Of a stretch of DNA of 64,000 bases, positions 19,312-29,080 are shown piece after piece. Location: IMG/VR virus record IMGVR_UViG_3300010354_000047, positions 72,374-136,373 of that record. One strand, written 5' to 3'. This DNA comes from a virus. Made by a program: the position numbers and the translations under genes. Within the stretch, counting starts at the first letter, position 1. Each line of letters opens with the position of its first letter. A model generated the notes under the pieces. That model was not told the origin of the DNA. It ran no database searches and worked only from the letters and a program-made list of their open reading frames with translations.

Positions 19312-22300
19312 ATGCCTCAACTTTGGCCGCTGGGTTACATAGAAAGCTGCATCAATCCTACAACTGGGCAACTTTGGCCTTTGTGGCCATACGGAGGGGA
19401 ACCTTGCCCCGGCCCATCCACATGGGTGAGGCAAGTTTTCTCCTACCCTGTACTTCCGAGCCCCCCTGACCCTTGGCAGAATAACGTTATTGCGACTGAC
19501 GAAGAGGGGGGTATCTATGTTTGGACCAGATTCGCAGCTATAGCTCCTAGTCCGACTTCTCACGGATGGGCAAATATCACGAAGTTTTCTGAAGATGGGT
19601 CCTTAGAATGGTCAAAGGACTTAAACAAAGACATTGGTATTGGTAATGAGTTCCCTCCCCTCCCAGGAATTCTGAGGGCGACTCCCGAGGGTGTTCTAAT
19701 TGTAGCCTCAAATGCGCGAAATACTCAAGAAGGAGATCGAAATCCCTGCTATCTTATCTGTTTAAACAAGGAAACAGGAAACTTAAATTGGGCAAAGGCT
19801 ATCACCCTTAACTTTGTTGGTTCTGACGACAATTGCAAATTTGAGGGGTTGCTTGGTATCAACTCTGTAAACGGTAATATATATCTCGGCATTAAATACT
19901 ATCCCCCGAGTAATTTTAGCGGGGGGGAATCACCTGGTTTAGTAACCCTTTCCTCAAATGGTTCGGCCATAAGCGCGATTAATCTGGGAATAGATTCTCC
20001 ATGGTTCATATATTCGCAGTTCTCGGGAGTTCTCACAAAAGCAGATGGGTCGATTATTGCGTATGGAACGAAAGGTATTTATACAGGGGGGACAATTATC
20101 ACCTCTGATACCAAGGGATATATTATTGGCTTGTCTGGTGATGGTTCTTCCACGAGTCCCTCATACTGGCTATACGGAAGTAATACGTCCGATGTTGACT
20201 TCACCTCTGGCGGAATTCTGTTGTCTAATGGGGACATTCTACTAAGAGTATCAGGAGGTGAAGACGTTAGTAGAAGTCAGATTTGGATTGTCGATCCTTC
20301 AACTGGCGAGATTAAGACTAATGCAGTTCCGTACCATGGCGTGTCAAGTGCCCATTATCTGCAGGAGTTGCCAAGCGGAGAGATAATGGTCGCAGGGTGG
20401 ATTTTTGGGACGGGAAAGACCGTGATCAACAATGGCTGGAGAACCTCCTCGAATCCGCAGTATCCAAGCAACTATTTTTCCGTTTATTCATCAGACCTCT
20501 CTCAAATAACAGCCTACAGGGAGGTGGGAATTAACCCGGGAACATTCAACGAAAGCGTTCGTAGCTTTAGCACTCCTAGTTTATCGACTGGTAGATACGT
20601 GGGAGCCCCACAATACCGGACTCCAGGTTTCGTCTCGTACACAACTCCTTACTTTTCCATAGTTTCTACCGATCTCAGCCCCATGGCTAGGAGGTATGCT
20701 ACCCTTCCGGATTACACATCGTCTGGATACGATTCGTATGTGAGATTTGCTAGCGCAACCACTAATCTTCCTGTTAGTGTTTCTGCTGGCTCGAACTACC
20801 CCCCTATAGTTACACTTCCTTCTCCTGCATCACCTTTATCGGCAAACGCCGTTGATCACGCCTCATCAATAGTTTTGACAGAAGGGACCATTGTCTGGGC
20901 CTTCTTCCAGGATGACGGTGGAATTACCTGTGACACCTTACCATTTGAATGCGACATTGATGTCAATCCCTACTGTGAGACAGACTTTGGTGGTGCCTGG
21001 GCTAATTGCACAAGCATCACTTCCTTTCCATTTATGGATGTTGGCTCTGGAACGGACTTCGAGAGTGCGTGGAGCGGGTGCAGCAATATGTCTTCATTCC
21101 CCTCACTGGACGTTAGCTCCGGAACTAATTTCCGTTACACCTGGAAAGATTGTTCAAGTTTGTCTAGCTTCCCCCAACTACATACAGGCTCTGGAACCGA
21201 TTTTTCGTATGCTTGGCAGGGTTGTTCGGCTTTAACGACTTTTCCTTCTCTTGACGTAAGCTCCGGAACAAAATTTTCATACACTTGGTCAGGGTGTAGC
21301 ACCTTGACTTCTTTTCCACTCCTGGACGTTAGCTCAGGAACATGGTTCTTCGGTGCCTGGTCTGGTTGCAGTAATCTCACTTCCTTCCCCGTTCTAGATG
21401 TCAGCTCTGGAACATACTTTGACGCTGCCTGGCGCGACTGCTCCAGTCTAACTTCCTTTCCCTTTCTAGATCTGAGCTCAGGAATTAATTTCATTGGAAC
21501 CTGGAAAGGCTGCTCAAGCCTGACGTCGTTTCCTCCAAACGTTTTCGACGACTGCACATTCGTTTATTCCTTTGAGGATGCCTGGAAGAACTGCGCTCTA
21601 AGTGAGGAAAGTGTGGATAATATTTTAGTCTCCCTCGATGCTTCCGGATTAAGTAATAATACAACAACTCTTGCTGGCGGGACATCGGCCGCTCCGGGTC
21701 CTGCAGGATTAGCAGCAAAAGCGTCCCTGGAAGCAAAAGGGTGGACAGTTTACGTGAATGGGGCTGTTCCTTGTGACCTCCCTCCCTACTATTGTGACAC
21801 GAATGTGAACCCGAATTGTGTTACCGACTTTAGCGATGCTTGGAAAGATTGCGATCTACTAACCTCCTTCCCAGAAATAGACGTAAGCTCAGGAACAAAT
21901 TTCTATAGAACATGGTACGGTTGTCAATCCCTCACCTCTTTCCCAACTTTAAACGTGAGCTCTGGAACAAACTTCAATACAGCTTGGGCTCTTTGTTTCA
22001 GCCTGACGTCTTTCCCCCTACTGGACACCAGCTCAGGAACTAACTTCTTAGGTGCCTGGGGGCTCTGTCAGAGCTTAACTTCTTTTCCCGCCCTCGATTT
22101 CAGCTCAGGAACTAATTTCGAATTGGCATGGTATAACTGCACTAGCCTCACGTCCTTCCCCTATATTGACATGGGTTCCGGAACTAATTTCGAATTCGCA
22201 TGGGCTTACTGCGAAAACCTGAGCTCATTCCCGGCGAATGTTTTTGACAATTGCTCCTATGTCTTCTCTTTCGAAGGAGCTTGGGAGGGTTGCGCCCTGG

Positions 22301-22461
22301 ATCAAACTAGTGTAGACAACATTCTGATCTCCCTCGATGTTTCCGGTCTTTTATACGGGAGTACTTCTCTTGCTGAAGGAACATCAGCGGCTCCGGGGCC
22401 AGCGGGATTGTCGGCTAAAGCATCCCTCGTGTCCAAAGGTTGGACAATCGCTACAAACTAA
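19312..22461 (+). CDS. Putative adhesin: QLWP N-terminus, beta-propeller-like region and two capped LRR (BspA/DUF285-like) solenoids
   Basis: 24-aa repeats WxxCxxLTSFPxLDxSSGTxF in blocks of about 8 and 6, each with its own N-cap and C-cap. Confidence 0.8.
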   Translation: MPQLWPLGYIESCINPTTGQLWPLWPYGGEPCPGPSTWVRQVFSYPVLPSPPDPWQNNVIATDEEGGIYVWTRFAAIAPSPTSHGWANITKFSEDGSLEWSKDLNKDIGIGNEFPPLPGILRATPEGVLIVASNARNTQEGDRNPCYLICLNKETGNLNWAKAITLNFVGSDDNCKFEGLLGINSVNGNIYLGIKYYPPSNFSGGESPGLVTLSSNGSAISAINLGIDSPWFIYSQFSGVLTKADGSIIAYGTKGIYTGGTIITSDTKGYIIGLSGDGSSTSPSYWLYGSNTSDVDFTSGGILLSNGDILLRVSGGEDVSRSQIWIVDPSTGEIKTNAVPYHGVSSAHYLQELPSGEIMVAGWIFGTGKTVINNGWRTSSNPQYPSNYFSVYSSDLSQITAYREVGINPGTFNESVRSFSTPSLSTGRYVGAPQYRTPGFVSYTTPYFSIVSTDLSPMARRYATLPDYTSSGYDSYVRFASATTNLPVSVSAGSNYPPIVTLPSPASPLSANAVDHASSIVLTEGTIVWAFFQDDGGITCDTLPFECDIDVNPYCETDFGGAWANCTSITSFPFMDVGSGTDFESAWSGCSNMSSFPSLDVSSGTNFRYTWKDCSSLSSFPQLHTGSGTDFSYAWQGCSALTTFPSLDVSSGTKFSYTWSGCSTLTSFPLLDVSSGTWFFGAWSGCSNLTSFPVLDVSSGTYFDAAWRDCSSLTSFPFLDLSSGINFIGTWKGCSSLTSFPPNVFDDCTFVYSFEDAWKNCALSEESVDNILVSLDASGLSNNTTTLAGGTSAAPGPAGLAAKASLEAKGWTVYVNGAVPCDLPPYYCDTNVNPNCVTDFSDAWKDCDLLTSFPEIDVSSGTNFYRTWYGCQSLTSFPTLNVSSGTNFNTAWALCFSLTSFPLLDTSSGTNFLGAWGLCQSLTSFPALDFSSGTNFELAWYNCTSLTSFPYIDMGSGTNFEFAWAYCENLSSFPANVFDNCSYVFSFEGAWEGCALDQTSVDNILISLDVSGLLYGSTSLAEGTSAAPGPAGLSAKASLVSKGWTIATN

Positions 22462-22470
22462 GCCATTGTG

Positions 22471-23229
22471 TTAAAAGTCGAGAGAGAGCTCCTCAGAGTC
22501 CTTTCTAGAAAAACTTCCAAATAAATCTTTCGGGGTCTGGTATCCCTCGTTTCCCTTTGATCGATTAGCAGAGGAGCAAACTAAGGAGTAACATGCCTTT
22601 CCCTTATGATACGTCTTCCACTCCTTCCAGAGATTTTCGTCTTTAAATCTTCGTGAAGTCGGGGGTCCTACCAAAGGAATATCTGTGTAACAAAGGGACT
22701 GCAGACGCAGGAAAGAGTCGGCGATCTCGTTAAAGGAGAGCCCAACGTGATCCACATCAGTCCGCATACCTTTTCGAATGCTTTTTCCCGTAAGATAGCA
22801 TGTGATTGGCAAAACAACTGAGTCTCTATATTCTTTTAGTTGGTAACCTATACCTCCTCGCATCGCAGATTTTACTGCGTTGTAATGCTTTTCCTCTAGA
22901 GTGGCAGAGGTTGCAATTTTCTTACTCGGGTAGAGAGCCTCAATTAGTTTAGCCTTTGACACTGGTTGTTTCGTTCCCCCCCTTTCAAGAGATATCATTT
23001 TCACACGGCGACCTCCTGCAATGTCTACATTGCGCAAGTACACCGAAACTTCTGAGTCATTCGCGAGTTTTGACCACGTGTGGGAGAGGCGGCAGGATCT
23101 CAAGACGAATTCTTTTGGCTCCCCGATGAGCCTTGTGTTTATTCGATGATTTTCCAGGATTTTCGATAACTTTTCTGTATAGTCCTTTTTCGTGATCCCG
23201 AAAGTCTGCTTTCCGATTGTTTCTGGCAT
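22471..23229 (-). CDS. Putative His-Me finger (HNH-like) nuclease
   Basis: C...G.....DVDH...F....F...W.EWKTYH......LVCSSANRSKG; C-terminus ELSLDF. Confidence 0.55.
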   Translation of the reverse strand: MPETIGKQTFGITKKDYTEKLSKILENHRINTRLIGEPKEFVLRSCRLSHTWSKLANDSEVSVYLRNVDIAGGRRVKMISLERGGTKQPVSKAKLIEALYPSKKIATSATLEEKHYNAVKSAMRGGIGYQLKEYRDSVVLPITCYLTGKSIRKGMRTDVDHVGLSFNEIADSFLRLQSLCYTDIPLVGPPTSRRFKDENLWKEWKTYHKGKACYSLVCSSANRSKGNEGYQTPKDLFGSFSRKDSEELSLDF

Positions 23230-23253
23230 CTAGGGTGTGTGTTTGCTACAAAA

Positions 23254-23281
23254 CTTTACCCAGACTACCCCCTGCTAAACT
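23254..23281. promoter_or_regulatory. Overlapping divergent promoters: GGGTAAAG (- strand) and CTTTAC-N16-TAAACT (+ strand)
   Basis: Minus-strand motif 23261-23254 is 32 nt before ATG 23229; plus-strand elements at 23254-59 and 23276-81. Confidence 0.6.
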
Positions 23282-23303
23282 AAACCAAGAGTTCAAGTCT
23301 TTA

Positions 23304-23669
23304 GTGAAAAATGAAAACTCGGTCATTCGCCAACGGGAGGACCTAAAGTTCTTAAAAGGGGCTCAGGTAGAATGTTCGGGAAGGGTTCGAGAGTTTCGTG
23401 AACACGCAAAGAGACGTGATCTAGACTCAATTTGTCTTGTCAATATTATCATTACACCTATTCCCTTTGGGGAATCCATTTACGTAGATCATTTATGGGT
23501 TCTTCGAAAACAGTTTCAGAAACTTGGAAGGGTCCCGGACCGAAACGAGAGAGTTCAGTTTCTTGGGCAGGTGTACTCTTACAGACGCCTCGGAGGGAAG
23601 TCTATCGACCGAGGACTATACGGACTACAAGACTACGGGGTTAACCCCTTATCTTACCTTTTAACATGA
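23304..23669 (+). CDS. Hypothetical protein (possible OB-fold)
   Basis: In frame with track ORF 23217; start placed at the GTG downstream of the promoter. Confidence 0.55.
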   Translation: MKNENSVIRQREDLKFLKGAQVECSGRVREFREHAKRRDLDSICLVNIIITPIPFGESIYVDHLWVLRKQFQKLGRVPDRNERVQFLGQVYSYRRLGGKSIDRGLYGLQDYGVNPLSYLLT

Positions 23670-23914
23670 AGATTACAATCCAGAGTCACAAGTCTGAGGG
23701 AAAAGAAGTTTTTGAATTCACTCTACAGGACGGTCCCGAAGACCGGGAGAAGATTCGAGGCTACGCAACAGACTTGATAGTCGTCTTCTCGAAGCTGATT
23801 GAGTGGACCGAGAGGATCTCTGCGGATTACCGGGAGCAAGAGGAGCAAGCGCCCAGTATACCGTCGGATGGGTTTGGCTATGCTGGGAACGAAGGGTCCA
23901 ACCCCTTCGAGTAA
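23666..23914 (+). CDS. Hypothetical protein
   Basis: ATGA overlap with the upstream gene; operon context. Confidence 0.65.
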   Translation: MKITIQSHKSEGKEVFEFTLQDGPEDREKIRGYATDLIVVFSKLIEWTERISADYREQEEQAPSIPSDGFGYAGNEGSNPFE

Positions 23915-23925
23915 ACACTTGAAAA

Positions 23926-24546
23926 ATGAAACCCACAGAACTCGAGTTTCGCGAACTTAAAACAAAAGCCTCCACATGGGCCCAAGAACGATTGTCTGAT
24001 GATAAAACTGTACTCATTGACTGTGAGACTACAGGAATTCTGAAGAACGATCCCACTACAGAAATTGTCCAACTCTCCGTAATAAACATTTTCGGAAGAC
24101 CGTTGTTTTCCATGCTGATTAAGCCTGCTCAACCGATGAAGCAAGAGCTGGTTAACATCCACGGTATCTCAAACGAAATGGTGTCGGATTGTCCGACATT
24201 CCCCCAAGTGGCCAGAATGATTTCGTTCATCCTTGAGGGAAAGCATGTAGTCGCTTATAATGCCGACTTTGACATCGCTCTTCTAGTCCACCTCTTCAAG
24301 AAATACGATCTAACCCCTCCGAAGTTCGCGGGGGCAAGTTGCTGTATGGATCGTTACTCGGAATGGGTTGGTGAATGGAACTCTTCGAAAGAAGGTATAC
24401 GTTGGCAGAAACTTCCAAACCTCTCGGGTCTTCCTGCTCACGACGCTATGTCTGATTGTCTATCCACTCTAAAAGTCATGGAGCTTATGTCCAAAGGCTT
24501 GAGTCTTGCCGACATTAACTCTGAAGAAATCTCCCTCAACTTTTGA
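23926..24546 (+). CDS. DEDDh 3'-5' exonuclease (DnaQ-like)
   Basis: ExoI IDCETTG, ExoII AYNADFD, ExoIII HDAMSDC. Confidence 0.92.
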   Translation: MKPTELEFRELKTKASTWAQERLSDDKTVLIDCETTGILKNDPTTEIVQLSVINIFGRPLFSMLIKPAQPMKQELVNIHGISNEMVSDCPTFPQVARMISFILEGKHVVAYNADFDIALLVHLFKKYDLTPPKFAGASCCMDRYSEWVGEWNSSKEGIRWQKLPNLSGLPAHDAMSDCLSTLKVMELMSKGLSLADINSEEISLNF

Positions 24547-24548
24547 AA

Positions 24549-24752
24549 ATGTTCGGAACCTACACTTTTGAATATATTCCTGACTCCGCACAGGAAGGGG
24601 CAGGGGACGGACTCAGTGTCCGCTTCACTTTTCCTGGTGATACAGACCTTCCGAAAATGTTGGCCTACTTTGAGGCATTCCTTCGAGCCAACGGCTATTT
24701 GCTGCCCGACAGATCTAGATTGGCGGTAACGGAGGAAAGCGATGCAGAATGA
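24549..24752 (+). CDS. Hypothetical protein
   Basis: Fills the operon gap; F.AFL.A.GY motif common in small phage proteins. Confidence 0.6.
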   Translation: MFGTYTFEYIPDSAQEGAGDGLSVRFTFPGDTDLPKMLAYFEAFLRANGYLLPDRSRLAVTEESDAE

Positions 24753-25566
24753 AAATCCTTGGTTTATTGAAGACTCCTGTAAATCGCGGCTCGTCACGGC
24801 AACTCCGAACGCAGAAGAACACATTGCTTACGTGGCTCGAGTCACAAGCAAGGACCAGTCCAACCCCAAAATTGAAAAACTTCTTGGGTATTGCGCGAAA
24901 GAAGGCCACTGGAGCGTTTTTGAGCAAGCTAGCATGACTGTCGAGGTTGTGACTCCTCTCGCGATCTCAATTCAGGCTCTACGGCACAGATCTTTTTGCT
25001 ACCAGCAGTTTTCAGGGAGGTATGAGGATCAAAGTTTCATGAGTAACTACACTCAGGACCTTTCTTCCTATCGGAATCTTTTCTACCTTCCAACTGAGGC
25101 CCGAACTCAGGATGCCAAGAATCGACAGAACAGTATCGTGTCTAACGACTCTGATCTGACAGACTTCATGTGGGGAGAGTTTGAATCCGCGTATCACGCA
25201 TCGATTCAAGCCTACGAGAGTTTACTTCGAAGGGGGATCGCGAAGGAACTTGCTCGCTTTGTTCTCCCTGAAGGTGTTTTCACTCGACTGTACATCACTG
25301 GAAACGTTCGCTCTTTCATTCACTACATTAATGTAAGAGAGGATGAAGGTGTGGCCCAGTGGGAGCATGTTGAATTGGCAAAGACAATTCGAACAGTGTT
25401 TTCTACTCAGTTTCCTACCATCTACGGGGCTTTGTTTAACCGAAGAACAGGAAAGCTAAAAATTCGAGATAAAGACTACGAGAGAGAAATCGAAAGCCTA
25501 AAGGGCGAAGTTTCTCAACTAAGGGCCGAAGTTTCCCTTCTTCTTGATCAACTGCAGATGTCATGA
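24742..25566 (+). CDS. thyX: Flavin-dependent thymidylate synthase
   Basis: GHWSVFEQ, RHRSFCYQQFSGRY signature, KELARFVLP, AQWEH. Confidence 0.96.
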   Translation: MQNENPWFIEDSCKSRLVTATPNAEEHIAYVARVTSKDQSNPKIEKLLGYCAKEGHWSVFEQASMTVEVVTPLAISIQALRHRSFCYQQFSGRYEDQSFMSNYTQDLSSYRNLFYLPTEARTQDAKNRQNSIVSNDSDLTDFMWGEFESAYHASIQAYESLLRRGIAKELARFVLPEGVFTRLYITGNVRSFIHYINVREDEGVAQWEHVELAKTIRTVFSTQFPTIYGALFNRRTGKLKIRDKDYEREIESLKGEVSQLRAEVSLLLDQLQMS

Positions 25567-25790
25567 ACAATCAAATTGTCAAAGGGTTCTGGAAAATTGC
25601 TGAGGATTCCCCCTCTCAGGACAAAGAGTATATAGTTGTTTTTCCAGACTCCTCGGGAATGTATTCCACTTTTGATTGCGACGTTTGGGAGTTTCGGTCG
25701 GGAGAGTGGAGAAGTCTCCCTAATTCCAGATTTTTAGAGGAGGAGGTAGGACTTCCCACTTTCTACATTGACCTTCCAATGCCGAAGTGA
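25563..25790 (+). CDS. Hypothetical protein
   Basis: ATGA overlap; W.....P...KEY.V...LPMP pattern. Confidence 0.6.
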   Translation: MNNQIVKGFWKIAEDSPSQDKEYIVVFPDSSGMYSTFDCDVWEFRSGEWRSLPNSRFLEEEVGLPTFYIDLPMPK

Positions 25791-25794
25791 GGTA

Positions 25795-25822
25795 GTTTAC
25801 GAGACTCAAATAAACCTATACT
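25795..25822 (+). promoter_or_regulatory. Putative middle promoter GTTTAC-N16-TATACT
   Basis: Intergenic; same elements and spacing as 34593-34620. Confidence 0.7.
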
Positions 25823-25846
25823 GGATTTGATTAACACTTAGCGTGC

Positions 25847-26830
25847 ATGACGGAAAGTCAACTAGAAAGACCGAAGCTTGAGAGCTTTTTCAAACTTGGG
25901 AACAACCCCCAACCCGTCATTGTAGTTGACTTCCACGTCTACCTCCATGATGTTCGGAAATGGTTTGAAGAAAAGATTCAAGGAACTCTTGATCCGGAAG
26001 TCGAGGATAAGTTGATAAAGGGCTGTTGGGCACTTAAGATAAATCGCGGTCCAGACATGTTACCTCGACACTCTTATCGAGTTGTTGTTGTAGCGGACAG
26101 CCGGTACCGGGATACCGACAACTATTGGCGCGATCGATTTATGAGAAGATCGGCCGAAGTTCAGACTGCCTGGTTTAACTACGCACAGAGTCAAGGGAAA
26201 GATCTTTCTGAGATACCCACTCACTACAAGGGTACGAGAGGGGAAAAGACAGAGACATTCTGGAGAATTTTCAGAATCGGGTGGGAGTACGTCAACGCCT
26301 ACTTTCCCGTCTTCTCTCTTGAAGGATATGAGGCTGACGATATTGCGGGAGCAATCTACCGTTTATCTCGAGACAGCTCTTCTGATAGCATTGTTCGAAA
26401 GAGGCAGATTCTTCTTTCCACTCTTGACCGAGACTGGTCTCAGCTAGTTGACGAAAGTCATAATGTCTTCTTTGCGAATACTCGAGTCCCTTTTCCCAGG
26501 GAAAAAATACAAGAGCGACTCGTAGGAAATCAGGGGGTAATCGAGCACACAAAGCACCGTTTGGGTTTTGACCTAGATCACCCTAAGAATTTGGCTGACT
26601 GGAAAGTGAAGGCGGGTGACCTTGGAGATAATCTCCCTCCAAACTCCCCGAAGTGTCTTTTTGATCTATGTGAGCCCCATACAGAGTTTGTGATCGAGAA
26701 AGCAGCCCCATGGTACGGAGATCTAGAAGAGTGCTTGAATAATCCTAATCCCAACATTCGAGACGACCACTTTGAGCAGACTATTCGGCAGTTTGTTAAG
26801 ATAGGACTTGAGCCACCAATAAAGCTCTAA
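25847..26830 (+). CDS. 5'-3' exonuclease / flap endonuclease (T4 RNase H-like)
   Basis: VVDF, YKGTR, GYEADDI, DRDWSQL, GDLGDNL motifs. Confidence 0.88.
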   Translation: MTESQLERPKLESFFKLGNNPQPVIVVDFHVYLHDVRKWFEEKIQGTLDPEVEDKLIKGCWALKINRGPDMLPRHSYRVVVVADSRYRDTDNYWRDRFMRRSAEVQTAWFNYAQSQGKDLSEIPTHYKGTRGEKTETFWRIFRIGWEYVNAYFPVFSLEGYEADDIAGAIYRLSRDSSSDSIVRKRQILLSTLDRDWSQLVDESHNVFFANTRVPFPREKIQERLVGNQGVIEHTKHRLGFDLDHPKNLADWKVKAGDLGDNLPPNSPKCLFDLCEPHTEFVIEKAAPWYGDLEECLNNPNPNIRDDHFEQTIRQFVKIGLEPPIKL

Positions 26831-26835
26831 AGAGC

Positions 26836-26843
26836 GGGTAAAA
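26836..26843 (+). promoter_or_regulatory. Putative late promoter GGGTAAAA
   Basis: 30 nt before ATG 26866. Confidence 0.7.
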
Positions 26844-26865
26844 CTGAATAGTTCAAGTCCCTAGA

Positions 26866-27534
26866 ATGCAATCGGATCTTGCATATCTGTCCCAGTACCC
26901 TTTGATGTTTGATCTTCTGTATCAAGCGTCAGGGGGTGATTTGGCATCGATACCGAGCCATTACTTGCAAAACTTTACCCATACGTATCGAGACGGAGAC
27001 ATTTCCTTAATCCCTGCTAGTTCAAAACTGGAGGACTTTCGCGAATTAAATCCTGAGGAGCGGGAAGAAGTTCTAGAAGTTCTTCACAAGCAAAACCCAA
27101 ACCACTGGCCGAATCCTGAGAAGATTACAAGAATTGATCCGGTTGCCCTTCTCAAGGAGGTGGATAGTTACGACGAAAGTTTAGAGTTCGTTGAGGACAA
27201 TCTAGGGACCGCTGAGAAGGTTGAAAAAGTCTTAAAGACTGTGATCGAAAGTGTCTTCGGAGACAAAGTTCACAGTATTCGTGACCGAAGAGGGAAATAC
27301 CCCTCGAGCGGAAACAACTTCCTACAGGAGGACGACGGAACATTTGCAGGACTCTTCAACCATGAACACTTCCAGTTTCACTTTGAGATAGCCCCGACAG
27401 AACTCGGGTGGATTTGTACCTATCGCCTTGAAGAGAAGACATTAGACGGAATTCCTGAGAAGGTGAAAGATAAGAAGAGAGACGATAAGAAATTTGAAGA
27501 GTACAAAAGAGTAAGGACAAAGGGCTGGAGGTAA
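26866..27534 (+). CDS. Hypothetical late protein
   Basis: 222-aa ORF behind the late motif, first gene of the tail cluster. Confidence 0.7.
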   Translation: MQSDLAYLSQYPLMFDLLYQASGGDLASIPSHYLQNFTHTYRDGDISLIPASSKLEDFRELNPEEREEVLEVLHKQNPNHWPNPEKITRIDPVALLKEVDSYDESLEFVEDNLGTAEKVEKVLKTVIESVFGDKVHSIRDRRGKYPSSGNNFLQEDDGTFAGLFNHEHFQFHFEIAPTELGWICTYRLEEKTLDGIPEKVKDKKRDDKKFEEYKRVRTKGWR

Positions 27535-27535
27535 T

Positions 27536-28963
27536 ATGGCATTCTCGGGTCCTATTCCGATGGTTCAGGTTTCTTCAAACTCGTCCATCAATAACTTTCT
27601 AGGGGGGCTTCTGAACAATGTTGTAGGGGGCGCAGTAAATGTTGCCTTAAGCCCCGTCTTATCTAAGCAGTGGTTGAACACTCTGGGATTCAGTTCTTTA
27701 GCGCCTGAAAACCTTCTAGGTGCTATTGTGACCCCTGGCCTTCTTGATCTCGGAAATCAGGCTATTACTCAAACCCTCACCAACTCTCTTCTAAACTCAG
27801 GAGCTTTCGGCCCGGGAAGTTCTTTGGTTCAGGGCATCATCTCCCCTGCGATCGGCAACCTCTCTCAAGGTCTACTCGGAAGCTTGCTTCCGAATTACCA
27901 ATCTAACCCGAACAAGTACTTTCCAGGGGCTGGCGACGAACCTGATGCGGATTATGGTGGATCTGTCTATAACTTGGGTCAAAATGGACCGGACGTGGTA
28001 TTCTCAATCAAACCAGCGGTGATGGGTTCCAAGAGCGAAGTTGTTAACCAGATTAACGGAAATGGCCCCGGAGGGGTTCCCCCGACCGTATCTTCTAATC
28101 TGTCTCTACCGAGTTCGAGCGGAAAGCTAGGGACTCCGAAATCCGATTACTCTAAGTCCTTTCAAACTGCTGCCACTAACCGTCTAAACGTCGAGTACTC
28201 TGCTGATGCCGCCACATTCACGGATCCAGGAAGTCCGTTAGGTTCCCCCAACTTGTTCAAAAGTTTCTCAAAAATACCCCTGGATCTGGCGTTTTCGTCG
28301 AATTTAGAACTCCCTATATCTTCGGGAAATACTCAGACAGAAGGTGTAGCTTGGAACTTTATATGTGCTCCGGAGGAAATCTCGTGGGAGACTTCTGCTC
28401 AAGTGGATCGAATCCAGATATTCGGCACGAACTTTGCCCCTGTTATCTCCGGTAGCAGAGGTATGCGTGAACTCTCTATTTCCAATGCTTTGGTAGAAGG
28501 CTTTTCTCGTGGTAAGAGTGTTGAGAAGAAGGTTACGGACTTGGAGAAGCTTTTAAACTTTTCTCTTGATACCTCTCGAAGCTACGTGAAAGTTCCCGTT
28601 TACTGGATTCAAGCTAACGACAAAAAATATGGAGACATTGACGGAGGTTGTTTTGTAATCAAAGACATCAAGGTTAAAGAGGAGATGCGAGATCTAACGG
28701 GTTTAACTACACGGGCAACGGTTGATATTTCTTTCACGCAGGTTCCGAGTTACCAAGTAGACGACGGAAGGGACATCGCAAGTAAAACTGTTTCGGGAGC
28801 AACTTCTGATCTCGCAGAACCAGGACGGAAGGTTTCAGCGGCCATGGCAGCCCAAGCAAATCAAAGAGTTGACCCCAAGAATCCCTCTTCCCCACCTGTC
28901 CCTTCCGGGGCGAAAACGGGATCTGCAGGAAAAGGGGCCGGGAGAGGTGACTCTAAGAAATAG
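27536..28963 (+). CDS. Putative tail tube initiator / baseplate protein
   Basis: C-terminal F...PEEISW....G.RELS....VIKDIKVKEEMRD..G...RATVDISFTQV resembles tube-fold initiator proteins; adjacent to the tape measure gene. Confidence 0.55.
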   Translation: MAFSGPIPMVQVSSNSSINNFLGGLLNNVVGGAVNVALSPVLSKQWLNTLGFSSLAPENLLGAIVTPGLLDLGNQAITQTLTNSLLNSGAFGPGSSLVQGIISPAIGNLSQGLLGSLLPNYQSNPNKYFPGAGDEPDADYGGSVYNLGQNGPDVVFSIKPAVMGSKSEVVNQINGNGPGGVPPTVSSNLSLPSSSGKLGTPKSDYSKSFQTAATNRLNVEYSADAATFTDPGSPLGSPNLFKSFSKIPLDLAFSSNLELPISSGNTQTEGVAWNFICAPEEISWETSAQVDRIQIFGTNFAPVISGSRGMRELSISNALVEGFSRGKSVEKKVTDLEKLLNFSLDTSRSYVKVPVYWIQANDKKYGDIDGGCFVIKDIKVKEEMRDLTGLTTRATVDISFTQVPSYQVDDGRDIASKTVSGATSDLAEPGRKVSAAMAAQANQRVDPKNPSSPPVPSGAKTGSAGKGAGRGDSKK

Positions 28964-29035
28964 AATGTGAATTTTAGGTTAGTCTCACAGAGGAGATCTG
29001 ACAAGGTAGTTCAAGGTTAGATGGTCGGTTCGACA

Positions 29036-29043
29036 GGGTAAGT
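29036..29043 (+). promoter_or_regulatory. Putative late promoter GGGTAAGT
   Basis: 45 nt before ATG 29081. Confidence 0.55.
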
Positions 29044-29080
29044 TCACCTATAACCCCGCAGAACTTGGCCGAGTAGAATA

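Noticed and set aside
22471-23229. Mobile homing endonuclease insertion
   Set aside because: The gene carries the phage late motif and the shared SLDF tail, which suggests an integrated gene; no interrupted target gene is adjacent
28964-29080. Intergenic stretch with GGTTCGA, possible tRNA or ncRNA
   Set aside because: No cloverleaf stems could be built; part of the gap is explained by the late promoter motif
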